Made by a program: the position numbers and the translations under genes. From NCBI GenBank assembly GCA_973895155.1, contig OZ316891.1:22897884-22961883 (forward strand): DNA of 64,000 nucleotides, given 5' to 3'. The notes below the pieces were generated by a model. The model searched no databases. It saw only the letters and a list, made by a program, of their open reading frames with translations, and was not told the DNA's origin. How positions within the stretch are numbered: position 1 is the first letter of the stretch; every line of letters begins with the position of its first letter. The DNA is from Marsupella aquatica. Taxonomy: Eukaryota > Plantae > Marchantiophyta. This document shows positions 12,201 through 24,334 of the stretch, in pieces.

Positions 12201-15200
12201 TCCACTCCAATGGATTCCATCCAATATGTTAAACTCTTGCAATTCAAGTATTGAGTCTGATTTAGAAAACAAAGCAAAAAAAGAGAACTGCTGGGTCCGA
12301 TTTCTCAGATATGCTGGGCTCAAAGAGAAGAAGAATGGATCCAAGTTTTGTAGTTTGCGATTGAGTAAAAAATACATTATCCCTTGGCAGCCCTGTGCTT
12401 TTGTAATTCGTAGTGATGGCAACCAGTTTTGGGGGCCATCTCAGGCTTTGAGCCCAGTTTCTTACAGGTCATTTCAAAGCTGACAGAGGAAAAGAAAGGA
12501 TACAATTTTTAATGTTTGCAATGAAGTAAAAAGGTGAGCATAAGGCAGTAATGTCTGGATGAAACTGACACAAGCTTGCCTCTAATTTGTGCATACAACA
12601 TAGATGTGCATGTGACCCTTTGATGGATAAATTGCATATTTGGAACATTTTACAGGTTCTATGAATTGGTAGATCAACCCGCAAATTCGGGTTGGAATGC
12701 AGCAAAAGAGAGCCCCAATGGGCTTACGAATTAGATGAGAGCTTCAAAAGAGTGATAGCTGCGTCAGCTCAATAGAAGCTTGGAAAGTCATTCAGTATCA
12801 ATTTTGGTTCTGGACTAATAGCTGGAAATTACTGCGGATCCTCATCAGTGGAGAAATCCTCTGGTCGGCTATCTTCATATCAGGGTAGAAGGATCATCCT
12901 AGTGGGGCGTCGAGTTCTCAGTCATCTGTTGAAGTGATAGTCTAAGTTATAAATTTTGTTAATCAGCAAACAGACTGGGAAGGTCGGATTCCCACTCCTC
13001 GTAGTGTCTGTGTTTAATCTCAGTGGGTAAACCAGCAATCTTAGCATTACACCCAAAGAGTTCCTGACCCAACAGTTGGCAGTGGCTGTTGCAACACATC
13101 GCTCGTTAAAGAGACTAAACAGGGGTATGCTTAGTACATGACATATCGTCAGTTATGATGAAATTTATTACTAGAACTGCCCTGACATCTGGTTTTACTC
13201 GAAATGCAACTACAGGGTTTTTGTTAAAGTACTCCGGTAGGTAGGTTCCAAGATCTCTGGCTGGCTCTATGCTCTCTGAAAAGCAGCGATACAGGCACTT
13301 ATACAACATCTGTCCATAATTTGAAATAACCCTGATGGTCTTCACGAACTACCAGAAAGGAATTCAGAAAACAATATGCAATAGAGAAGTAGTGCAGATC
13401 TTCCCCATTCGAATTATTGCCAACGAAGTGTAAAATGGAACTGTAGCTCATAAACTGAATTGAAAGGTGAGATGCTTACTTGGTCCCTTTCGGGTCCACT
13501 TGTAAAGCGTTCGAAACACTTGCATCTTCTCCCACCTCCGGCTGATCCCTCCCTGAATTCGAGGACAAGGTGTTACGAGTTGTGGTGTACATGCAATGAT
13601 CACATAGCACTCACTGTAGGTCCAAGTGCACACGGCCTATTTGTGTGCACCTCGTCCTATCAGTGGGCTAGTCTCAGGTCATTCCCCTGACCCTTCGGAG
13701 TGCAATGGCGACAGTCACATTACCTCCGATTCATGTTCTATGCTTTCTACGGTAAGAGATTGTAAATGGACCTAGAGAACGCCTAAAAGGAGGTTCAGAG
13801 GGAGCAGCCAAACGAGTACCAAATCAGCTTAGTGCTGGGGGCAAGCTGGCGGACAACCATAAGAATAGACCGCCGAAACCCTAGCTAAGTTGTGTGGCTC
13901 GCTGGGCAGATCTCTAATCCTCTACAGTATTCCGCACTTGATGGAACAAAACAGAGGAAGTTTGTGTGGCTTCCCGAATCTATTGCCATTAGATTTACAT
14001 TGGCTACAGGGGTACAGGGAACTTCCAGAGAAAGAAGCAAAATTTAAAAGGACGTGAGAGAACTTCAGGAGGAAGAAGCAAATTTGAAGAGGACGTGAGC
14101 AATCTGATAACATTTGACTAACCTGATGGTCCATCTGTTGACATTTGACTAACCTGATAATCTCCCGTCTGCAGTCTCAAATTGCATCAATATTGATCTG
14201 CGTCGCTTGTAGTCATGGCGACAATTTGAAGACGTCGGAGGGAATCGGAACGAAATGCTACAATGGGAAGATCCGGGCGGAGGAACCAGGTGGGATCCAG
14301 GAAGTGTAGTGCAGAGGGAAGAGTGAGCTACAGCTGGACAAACGCGTGTCCAGTGCTCCAGAGTAATCGCCATTTCGTTACACCATCAGCTGAATCGCTT
14401 TGACATCAATTCAGTTCAATTCAATTCAATTCGACTCAGAAGTTCTCAGCTCCGATGCTGGCGCTACCGAAACCCTTAAGTTGGAGGAAGGCCAAGCCAA
14501 TTGTTGATAAGAACATGACCACTCTGCGCATTCGAGCTGAAAACTCATTGACGCCTCTCACCATTTGGGTGAAAATTACTTCAGCTGCACACCAAACGGA
14601 ACGACGGACAGGGCAGAACCAGTTGCAATTATCTCAACACTGGCCTCCCCAAATCGGCTGCTCCGCAAAGTAACTCTCATTGACGGGCAACTGAATTGGG
14701 CAGCCAGCGAAAAAAATTCAAAAGTAAGGACATAAGGTCGAAATTCACGAGCGATCCATGTGACAGGCTAACTGGTTACTGTGTGATTTGCGTTGACTTT
14801 CCCAATAAGTAAAATCTGCCCACATAAGTGCATAAGTCGAGAAAATGGGTGCTAAAATCGTCCCACTGATGCCAGTGCAGGATCCAATTCCTGTCCAGCA
14901 ACCCTCAATCATAGCCCTCTTGGAATCCCTTAAAAGGGGTGGACTTTTTCTTTTTCCTTTTTTTAACCTTCCCGGAAACAAGTGCACTATTATTGATGAA
15001 GGACCGGGCCAATATCCGGGCTTGGGGAAGAGATTTGAACGCAGAGACATGGGGATTCCAGTATTTTCCTTTTCAAAGATCGAAGGCTATGCCCTTGAGC
15101 CGACTTTAGAGTTTCTTTAAAAATTATATCCAATGTCTTTAAAAATTACAGTTGATTCCTTTTTAAAGCGATCGTTATCAGTGAGTGCGATTCATAATTT

Positions 15201-15359
15201 TAACTTGGGAGTATATATTGCACTTTAAGAGGTTCTCGAGTGACGCGTCTCTGGTCTTTTGAGAGGTCGACGAGGGTGAGCACCAATTTTCTCGACTATT
15301 GCAATTATTTGGGCAGATTTCACTGAGTGGTGAGTCATCAACTTTGCTACGCTGAGAGT

Positions 15360-15640
15360 TCCCATCACTCTTGTCTACCACAAACTCCTCCTGTGTTTGG
15401 ATCAATTATGGGGGGCTGCTCACAACAAGCGCTCTTGAATTTCCCGAGCAGAAATATCCCCGAAACTGACATCAAACCACCCGTCAGTGTAGCCAAAAGC
15501 GTTGCGATGAGTGAGGAGCACAATCTGCCGAATGCAGCATGAGCGTTTTTGCACGATTCTGCACACCCCTCCACTTTCACCACCTTGTAAGCGCACATCA
15601 GAAGAACAATACTGTCGAAGTACTAGAATTCGTCTTGGAC
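15360..15640 (-). pseudogene. 3' fragment of a PITP (IP_trans) gene, paralog of 38344-39297
   Basis: LMCAYKVVKVE and (T)DGWFDVSFGDISAREIQE with deletions; nucleotide similarity to 38450-38765. Confidence 0.8.
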
Positions 15641-16267
15641 TCCTTGTATGCAGTCCACATTTAGTGACATTTGGCTCTACCTAAGAGCTCTGATGGAAGT
15701 ATGCGTGAATTGTTGAAGTTGAGTTATTTGATTGTTTTGCTCAAAAGAATATTTGCACACAAACTCCACCCAAAAAACTACATAATGAGTAAAGATTCGG
15801 AAATAAAAAATGTAAATGTTCGCTGAGCCAACACAAAATTTTTGCCACTTGGCTCACTTGAAGTGCACATAGTCAAATGGCAGTAGGGTAATGTTTGAGG
15901 GAATGAGCCCAACTTCTTGTAAAGCCACCCTTAGAGCATCTCTAACCTAACTGGGTTTTTTTTACTCTAAGGGGCTCTTGACCAGAACTGAATGTGGCCG
16001 GACCAAACCCAGTAAAGAAAAATAAATGCACAGGGTCAGGTCCCACCCACTCACGTATTGGATTTTCAGGAATGACGTCTTTTGTTTACCAGATCATTGT
16101 GTAATGTTGACTCCTTGGGTTCATTTTTTCATTTTCAAGATTTCAATTTATGTTGTTAGATGCTGATTCCTTGTGTTTAGTAAACTTAGCCAACCAACTG
16201 AGAAGCTCTAAACACTTATTTCTGTGCACGAGCATATCCTCTGCAGCTGCAAACATTGATAGCAATG

Positions 16268-16476
16268 ATTGATTTTGTTCATTTATGGTTGTTCAATTGA
16301 ACGAGTTTGATGTTTTCATATGGAGAGCTTCCCTTAGTTCAGTATGCTTCTCTCTTCCCAGTCTCTCGATTTGTGCTGGTGTGATTTACTTTGTCCATTT
16401 ACGGTTGTTCAATTGAATTGGTGTTTTCATGCTGAGCGCTTCTTTTAGGTTCTGTATGCTTCTCTCTTCCCACTCT
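16268..16476. repeat. Two diverged direct copies of an about 90-bp unit
   Basis: TTTGT(T/C)CATTTA(T/C)GGTTGTTCAATTGAA...GTTTTCAT...GTATGCTTCTCTCTTCCCA(G/C)TCTC at about 16273 and about 16390. Confidence 0.75.
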
Positions 16477-17654
16477 CTTTGTGACGGTGTTCTTAGATCA
16501 CTGTGCTTGACTTTGGGGGTTGAGCTGTACATCTCGCTACTGAGTACTGTTGTCTGATCGCAAGAAACCTTCAAGAGCTATGACAATGTTTACTGGAAAT
16601 GGCTGTGGTAGTAAAGATTTAGTAGGTTGGGTACCATTCGGAATCCTCTCTTCTACATTTGTTTTCTATGCACCTGGATGAGACCAGCACCGGTTGGAGA
16701 CAGCTTTGAAGCCAGATAAGAAAGGAACCAGTAGTCTTTGTAACTTGCGAACGTAGAAATCGAGTAGTTATTTCTTCAAGTAAAGTCTTAACATTAAGAT
16801 CTCATTTGCATCAAACGTTGATTAATGGCCATCCATCCTGGCTATTGTCTTATGCCTAAAAGATGACCCACGCCTGTATTCAAAATTCCAACAGAAGAAG
16901 TTGTTTTCATTCGGCGCTTTTTATTCGAATGTGGGCGTAGTCTTTGACAAATTGTTGTGTTCAAATACTCACGTAGTCAAACAGTCACTTTTCGATGGGA
17001 AAGCACTTTTGAGTTAGAAAGCCCCGGGCTTCACATTAGCATAGATGCCTTTTTCTTGGAATAGAAGACCTTCCTGTTGTCAGTAAAATGCCATTGCTAA
17101 AACTCAAATAGAAGGCCTAGGGTGCCCTATTTGAAAAGAATGCCCCGGGCTTACTAGTCGGATACAAATCCCAGGCCTACTATTCGATGCAAGAAGGTCG
17201 TAGAGCTGGTAGGGAAAGGTTGCCATAAGGTTCTTTCAAGAGGCATGAATCGGATGAAGACTCAGGATCAAGCTTTCTGAGTGTGCGTGCGTTCTTCAAG
17301 GGCACGTGCAACCTTCATAAACAAACGAACCAGCAGTTGACGGCCCCGCAAGGACGATGGCAGTCCTGTGAAGCCAGCTCTGGTACGGAGCTAGTGTGGA
17401 CGCAAGGAGGCAGTCCGGCGCTTTGGGTTGCTCCATGAGAATGGACGGGACTATAAACGGTGCAGGGGGGTTGCCTGTCCGAACACTTTTCTCGTTACAC
17501 GATGACCGTCGTCTTCCTACCTGGGTGTCAAACCTCGAGCCGGTGGGTGCAGAGTGTTTCTACAAAAACTCCTTTCTGTGCTGGACATGCCATGCTAAAT
17601 ACGAGAGCAATCAATGTACAATGCGGTAAGGAAACGCAATCTTTTTGCCCCTGA

Positions 17655-17816
17655 CACTACTTGATTGAGACTGCTCTGTTCATTTCATTAGGCACACCGC
17701 TTGAGTGAATGATAGAGCATCCACTCAAGCAAAGGGGCACTACTTGATTGAGACTGCTCTGTTCATTTCATTAGGCACACCGCTTGAGTGAATGATAGAG
17801 CATCCACTCAAGCAAA
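17655..17816. repeat. Exact 83-bp-period tandem duplication, each copy containing a hairpin
   Basis: CACTACTTGATTGAGACTGC...GCTTGAGTGAATG-ATAGAG-CATCCACTCAAGCAAA at 17655 and 17738. Confidence 0.95.
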
Positions 17817-18218
17817 AGTATCCAGGACTTGAACAATAAGTGTACATTGATACTTAGCCCTAGCAAGTTCTACTTGAAGAGAACGGATACAAAGAGGTGC
17901 CGGAAACTAGAGGATCAGAAGCTGTCATTACCAGACCAAAGGCACTGGTAGTGACATAGCTCGACACTACGGTTGTGAATGTCGACAAATCATCTAAGCT
18001 AGAAGGTTGCAGATTTTTCTACAAATTGATTTTGTTAATTGGATTGTCCATTTGTGTTCGGCACAAAGCAACCAGCATTAATTGTAGGTGCTTTAAAGAG
18101 CTCCGGTAGAAACAACACTTCCCTGAATTTCTAACTTGGTGTTGAAATGCAAAGCTATCGCCTCAATCAAATTTAAAAGACTTTGGATCTAGAAAAATCA
18201 CGTGAATCACTGGCCAAA

Positions 18219-21187
18219 TTACTCATCAGTAATCTTTCCCTTAGCTTCATTAACGAGCTTGAAGAGTTCTTCCCTGCAGTTGAAGTCAAACTGTTTAGTG
18301 AATTGCCCCCTCCAGTACTGTTCCAAAAATTGTTTAGATTGGAAAATCTAATTTACTGTACGAACTAGAGGAGATATACAGATAAATTTCAACCTGGGAT
18401 GCCTATGGTAGACGGTTCAAATCTGCGTGTAGGAACTCTGAAGCACCTGCAAGTAACATCATACTTGGTATGCGTGAACTGGCCCTATTTGTGGGTAGTT
18501 CAAATCCAAACGCCAGAACTTTTGAAACATTTAAATGATAAATATGGTGTGAAGAACTGACCTGTTAGACTTGAAGAGCAAATAGCGGTATGTAAACCAC
18601 TGTCACAAATCAAACACGATGTGAGCCATGTTAGGAGTGAATCAAAGGCTGAAAGAAAATTCACAGGGGTAGAAGTATAATCACGTCAAATGGACCCGCT
18701 GAAAACAAAATTTTGCAACAGAATCAGGAGACTCACCCCTGAAAACAAAATGCCAACAAACTCAAAAAACCCGGGGAGAACAGGGAGCTTATCAATAGCC
18801 TGCACAAAATTGACAACTACAATAGAGATAAGATATTATCGTATACGTCTTACTTTGAGAATTTCTGGAGTTCATCGCATGCAAAGCTTCCAAAAAGCAA
18901 CAAACACCCAGTCAATTACAATGATGGTACACGGCTCAAAGTCAAATGGTGTCGTGTGGTTTGCTCTCATAAATCAGATGGAAGTAGCAGATAATCTGAG
19001 CAAATGGCGCCTCCGAGGAGCAAACTATCTAGACGAGCAATCGGTCATAGTTTAAGTCAATGTGCCGCCACCACGCTGTTCAGCGATACTGAATCTAAAA
19101 TTCTCTGAATGTCCACTTACGATGGAAATGAGTCCTCAACGAAGGGTCAGCACAGATCCACCAAAACCCAAGACAAAGAGAATGTCCTGGGATATGGGAG
19201 CTTCCATAAAGCTAATTAATGTGAAATAAACCCACCGAAAGGAGACCAAATGATGCCCACAGTACGATGAGACCAGCAACTCCCAAACCACCAACGGCCA
19301 ACTTGTCATCAAGCTTGTCCCACTGCCACATCAAATAATTTACATTTGAAGCTCTGGTCAGTAAGCGAATTCGTTAACTGATTTGAGCGCAAACAGATTG
19401 AAAGTACAATAAATGCCCTTCCAACCGACTGCATTACTTTCGACCACCAGTCTCGCTTCCAGTTAGGAGAGACAAATTTCTGTTGAGGAGGAAAAAAATC
19501 ATAATCATCAAATGCGGAGATATGAAACTAAGTCCACTTTAAATTGAGCACTTCACAAATTAACATCACCTTGCATGCCCTTTGCTTGGGTTCAAACAGG
19601 GAGCCGACATAAGGCTTCAGGAGGGACGAAAATTAACGCTGGAGTGTAATTGGTAGGGGCCTAACTTACTATACATGCAGGGGGTTCGTGGCGGATAGTG
19701 TTCCTAACAAGAATCGCTTTTTGGATGTAACAACGTTAGGATATCGACAGGGCTTCACCCCAATATGAAATGTTAAACCTTGGTATGAAACCAGTGATAG
19801 CGCAGATAATATTTGACCTTTCACTTGATGCAAATTAGTTGTTCGAACTCCACACTCGGGATGGGACACTGCCGGGTGTGCTCACATATGTGTGTTTTTG
19901 GAAAGGTCAATTTTCGGCCTTCAAGTTGCAAGTTGTACCCAAGTGTGATGATTTTGGCAACACTTGGCTTGCATCCTTACTTGGTCCCACTACACAAAAG
20001 GTGAATACAGAATACATCGAATCAAGGTTTATTCTGGTGTAGAAACTCACAGCTTCCTTAGCAGACTTCAAGAGATCCGAAGCAGCTTCTGAGGGGTCAG
20101 CTTGCGTCTCGGAAGCCTTGGCCACAACAGGAAATTGCCTCGTTGACCCTGCACCAGACACCGAACAGAAATAGCCCAACCAACACTTAGCTTCCTCATT
20201 GAGAATCAACCAGACAAAATTGCCTATCCGCGTATCGGCTATGATGAATCCCACATCTAAGATACCAGAGGAAGAACACCACAAAACTTCTGCAACCCCT
20301 GTAACATATCTGGCATCTGGAGGACAAGGAAATGCGCAATTTCCTATCGGGTTTGCCCGACCTTGCCCAGTCCACCCTTCACGTGCCCAAACCCTCAGCA
20401 TTGCAGTTTACAATGCCCCATACTGCCTCTAGCACCGCCCAAACACAAGTTGAAACTCAAGGACAAGGACATACCCAATTTTCTTGACAGCATTCACCTC
20501 CTTTCAACACGTTACCAGCCGCACGTGGGTTATGCATGCTGGCTCGTTGGCTGGCTGGCTGGCTTAAAAGGAGGTTTGCACTGGGCATGGTATTCTATCC
20601 TCGATGCCCGGAAATGAAGCAACTGTAACCAGTTCCGCTTGAACTTCTCGGCCATGATGATTTGACGAGGACATGGCATGAGCAAAGGGACCTTACATTG
20701 CGTTGAGGAGATAGGCAACCGATTTCCCACGCAGGGTCTAAGCGTTGGCTCCAGCAATTCACTTGAACAAACATAAATTATGTACTGATGGCACGGCAGG
20801 GGACCCTTGCATTGGGTTACAGAAACAAGCAACCCACTGCATGGGCAGGATCCATGCCATGTCCTCAGCAATTCATTTTAACAAACAAATCTACAATTTC
20901 CCGTCCAAACCAAACGGAAGGACGAAAAGAAGGAACTCAAGAAGGGCGCCACAGAGAGTGAATCACAACAGACAAGCAAGCATTTTCATGCTCATCGTTG
21001 ATCATCATCACCCACCTTGAGCAAATTCTGCGAAGCCCGTGGAGCGTAGCTGAGGAAGAACCCTGGCACCCAACAGGAGGCGGGCTCTGCTCGACGATCC
21101 GCTGGATTGACCAGCCGCCCTTGTGGAACAAACAGCTGGGCAGAGAGCCAGCTGGCCTGCCAGACCAACAACAACTGCGCTCGCCAT
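18219..21187 (-). CDS. CURT1: CURVATURE THYLAKOID 1 (CAAD-domain) protein, CURT1B/C-like, 6 exons, 170 aa
   Basis: Exons 21187-21016 (MASAVVVG... transit peptide), 20148-20051 (..VVAKASETQADPSEAASDLLKSAKEA), 19322-19236 (WDKLDDKLAVGGLGVAGLIVLWASFGLLS), 18799-18737 (AIDKLPVLPGFFEFVGILFSG), 18599-18562 (WFTYRYLLFKSNR), 18273-18219 (EELFKLVNEAKGKITDE*). All introns are GT-AG with consistent phases. Confidence 0.95.
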
Positions 21188-22011
21188 CGCTCCTGTTCGT
21201 GGGTTACCTTCCCTGTCTCCCTGTCCTCGCCTGCCTGGCCGAAAGGAATCAGCAATGTGTGCTCTAGATTGTATTGTGGTTGTGGGTTTGGTCGGATGGC
21301 TGTTCGTTTCTTTAGGCAGGAAGGAGGGGAGGGGCCGAAGCCCGAGGTGGAGGATAGAGGAGCAAGCAGCAACAGTGAATGGGTGGATGGAAGGTCACAG
21401 AGCCTCAGTGGATATAGCACGAGGTGGAGAGGGAGGGATTCTGAAGATAACAGGAGCAGATCGTCGGTCATTTCGATGATGCACTGCATGGACTTGTACC
21501 CCCATATAATCTACAGCCTTAGGCTCAGGTACTAAGCCACGGAAATTAGTTCGTGGTCTTTCCCTTTACTTTTAGCTGTACTTAAACTCACTAATATAGA
21601 CGAGTGTCCCAAAATGTCTCAGCAAATGCAATAAGATAGACAGGTGTCTGGAAATGTCGCAAAGTTTGGTGTCCACCTGTGCTTACTATGATCGTGTGAA
21701 TAGAGCATGTGGGCTCATGGAGTAACCTGGAAAATGAAGCCAATTGGGCGGGCGCATTGAGTAATCTGGAAGATGGAGTCATTTGGAGCTCGAGATCAGT
21801 GCTCATCCTGCCGCCACCTAACTCCAAATCTCTTCTACCTTCATGATCCTTGATGCTAATTGCCTGGATCAACTTTACTCTTGTATCCTTTCTATGTTGC
21901 TCTCCATTATTTATCTCCTCGTTGTCTCCAAATCAGTGTCTAACTATGAATTTAGCCCAAGTGTCCCACTATGGGAGTGTCATCATTATTTTCTTTCTCT
22001 CCATTCTTTTC

Positions 22012-22145
22012 AATATTTTACAGTAGGTATTTTGGAAGTTTAAGTTTGGATGGCCCTCAACCCATTTCCATAGATGAGGGAGGTATTGGAAATGGGTTGA
22101 GGGCCATCCGAACTTAAACTTCCAAAATACCTACTGTAAAATATT
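22012..22145. repeat. Near-perfect long inverted repeat (59-bp arms, 16-nt loop)
   Basis: 22012-22070 is the reverse complement of 22087-22145 with a single T/C difference (a G-U pair in plus-strand RNA). Confidence 0.95.
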
Positions 22146-23868
22146 TAGAATGCCTAGAAATATTTTGAAAGAGCCTTCCAATGAGCCTAACATTGTCACA
22201 TATCATCAAGTATCAAAGAAATCATGATTTTCTGAGTGTCTCTGCCAATTTCTCTGCCCTTCCTTGGAATGACGCGCCAACAAAAATTGATTGCAATTTC
22301 TCCTTGATCTCTCAATAAAACATGTAATTTGTGCGTAAAATTCTTAGAACCGTTTTGGAAAATATTCCAATGAGTCTCGCATTATCATATTTTGTCAAGT
22401 ATTGAAAAGCTCACAAAATTCTCTAAACAATTCCACTCATTATATGACCCAAATTTTATCTCAGAGGAAAGTCAAAGAAGCAATGGCCCCACTGTCTAGT
22501 AAAGGTACCCTCAGTTTGAAATGTCTAGTTAAGGGCAAGTGCTGACTATGGAGTCTGCGTGTGAAGGAGTGTACACCCAGAGGCATGTCAGAGGTGCCAT
22601 ATGCTACTATGGGGTTATTAGGGTGTCTCAAAACTTAACGACGCCAGGCTAATATCTTCCCATAACTAAAGAGTTATCAGAACGCCCATAGACGTGTGGG
22701 AGGCGATCTTGGCTCCGATAAGGAAAGCCCATGGCTCAACACTTCACCAATAACCTTAACCATTTCCAGTAACTTCCCAAGTAACTTTAGGCGGAAATCC
22801 TGAATTTCACAGATCTTGAAAACTATCCAAAAAGCTGCAATTGAAGGCAAGTGGGCTTTAAGCCTAACATGGCAATGGCTGCTGCATTTAGGGTGGTGGC
22901 TGACCAAGCCAAGGAAAGAAAAATGAAGTACTGTGTGAGACTGAGGTAAGGCCTTAAACCATGCCTTATGGGGTGGGTCAATGCTGTCTCCATCCATTCT
23001 AAACATTTGTTAATTGGGTCCCATAACCAGATTTACAGGATGGACCATATATTCGGAACTTTCCCCATGGCCCAATTATGAGACACAGATCATGGCATTA
23101 TACACTGTGATCTGGTCCTAACCATGTTTGACCCTTGTTTTCTTTTGATATTTCATTTCTTAATCATTCAACTTCTCACAATTAGCCCAAACCCCACATG
23201 ACAATCTTTCTTTGATGCACTCTTCTGAAGTACTGAGTCTGGTGCTATCCATTACTCCATATATCTCACGGGGTTGACTATCAAAAATCTTAGAAACCAC
23301 ATGCCATCAAAAATATGTATTTTTGATAGAAATTAACTAAATTTTTAAAAAGCATAGGAGGCAAAAGAAGGTATTTTAAACTCATGTTTATAGAATATTC
23401 TCTAATATATACCTTTTATACAGTAAAATAGGTTATTAATATTGAAAATAAAGAATATTCTTGGAATATTTCTTTATAAAATAGGTCTATTTATATTAGG
23501 CTAGGATCGCACGTGGTACCCCAAAATATACACCTAGTTAACCCCCTGAGCCATATATGTCCCTTATTAGTTAGTGAAGTTGCCAATGAAGTTGATATTT
23601 GAAGGGGACCCAAAATGTGTGGAACGAGCTCATCAAAGCAGTTATTTACAGCCTGATTTACGGTAGCTTCACTCAATTTCTCAGGCTAGCTTGTCTTCTC
23701 ATAAAAGAAGCATACTTGGGTAGCAACAATTGTGCCAACTCTCTTAGTTACCATGTTAGAAAGCAAAATAAAATATTTTGTGTACTAGCTAGCTTAAAAC
23801 TCAAGGGCCTCACTGTATGGAGGCCTCCTCATTATCTGCGATGTTTTTAGGCGTCGGACCCCCTAAAT

Positions 23869-24334
23869 TGTTAGGTTATGCCTCTAGTATAACCTATATA
23901 CTTCCATAGTACTAGCTAGACTTTAGTAGACTAGGATAGCACTAGTTTAAGTTCCCAGTTCCTATAGACCATGGGAGGGGGTATACCCAAGGGGAACACA
24001 AAGTTGTGCTCACACTTGAAGATTCACTCTAGAGGAGAGAGAGAGTGAGAGAGTGAGAGAGTGAGAGGAGGGACTCTAGCACTTTGGCTATGGCGGGTGT
24101 AATCATTTTGCATTACTGGATTTCTCTCACAATCGTGAACGTAGCCTAGACGGGGTGAACCATGTACTTTAGTGTCGGTTTCTATGGCAGCCCCAGTTTC
24201 AATATAAGGGCCCCTAGTGCTCGACAAACACGAGAGGACCTGCCAACTGGGAAAGATGTTGAGTCAAAAACCAAAAAATAAAATGTTTGTGACACATGCT
24301 GATGCTGTCTCATTCGGTAGATCATATCCCAACA
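23869..24334 (+). mobile_element. Solo LTR (Copia-like), 466 bp
   Basis: TGTTAGG...CCCAACA termini, TAAAT TSD on both sides (23864-68, 24335-39), GA tract, and an AACGTAGCC...GGTGAACCATGTA motif typical of Copia LTRs. Confidence 0.8.

Larger units (their letters stand above)
8949..15640. repeat. Segmental duplication, copy A
   Basis: Colinear similarity with copy B: 8949-9075~34015-34140; 9392-9694~34141-34404+35768-35799; 13359-13720~35800-36055; 13735-14035~36280-36570; 14340-15325~36605-37540; 15360-15635~38450-38765. Confidence 0.9.

Noticed and set aside
11424-12422. 332-aa ORF as listed for the PrpF gene
   Set aside because: The first about 74 residues are T-rich and intron/UTR-like, and the end reads into the intron. 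The spliced model fits the family better.
19907-21535. Several 100-165-aa ORFs on both strands
   Set aside because: They are explained by CURT1 exons 1-2, its introns and GC-rich leader read in other frames.
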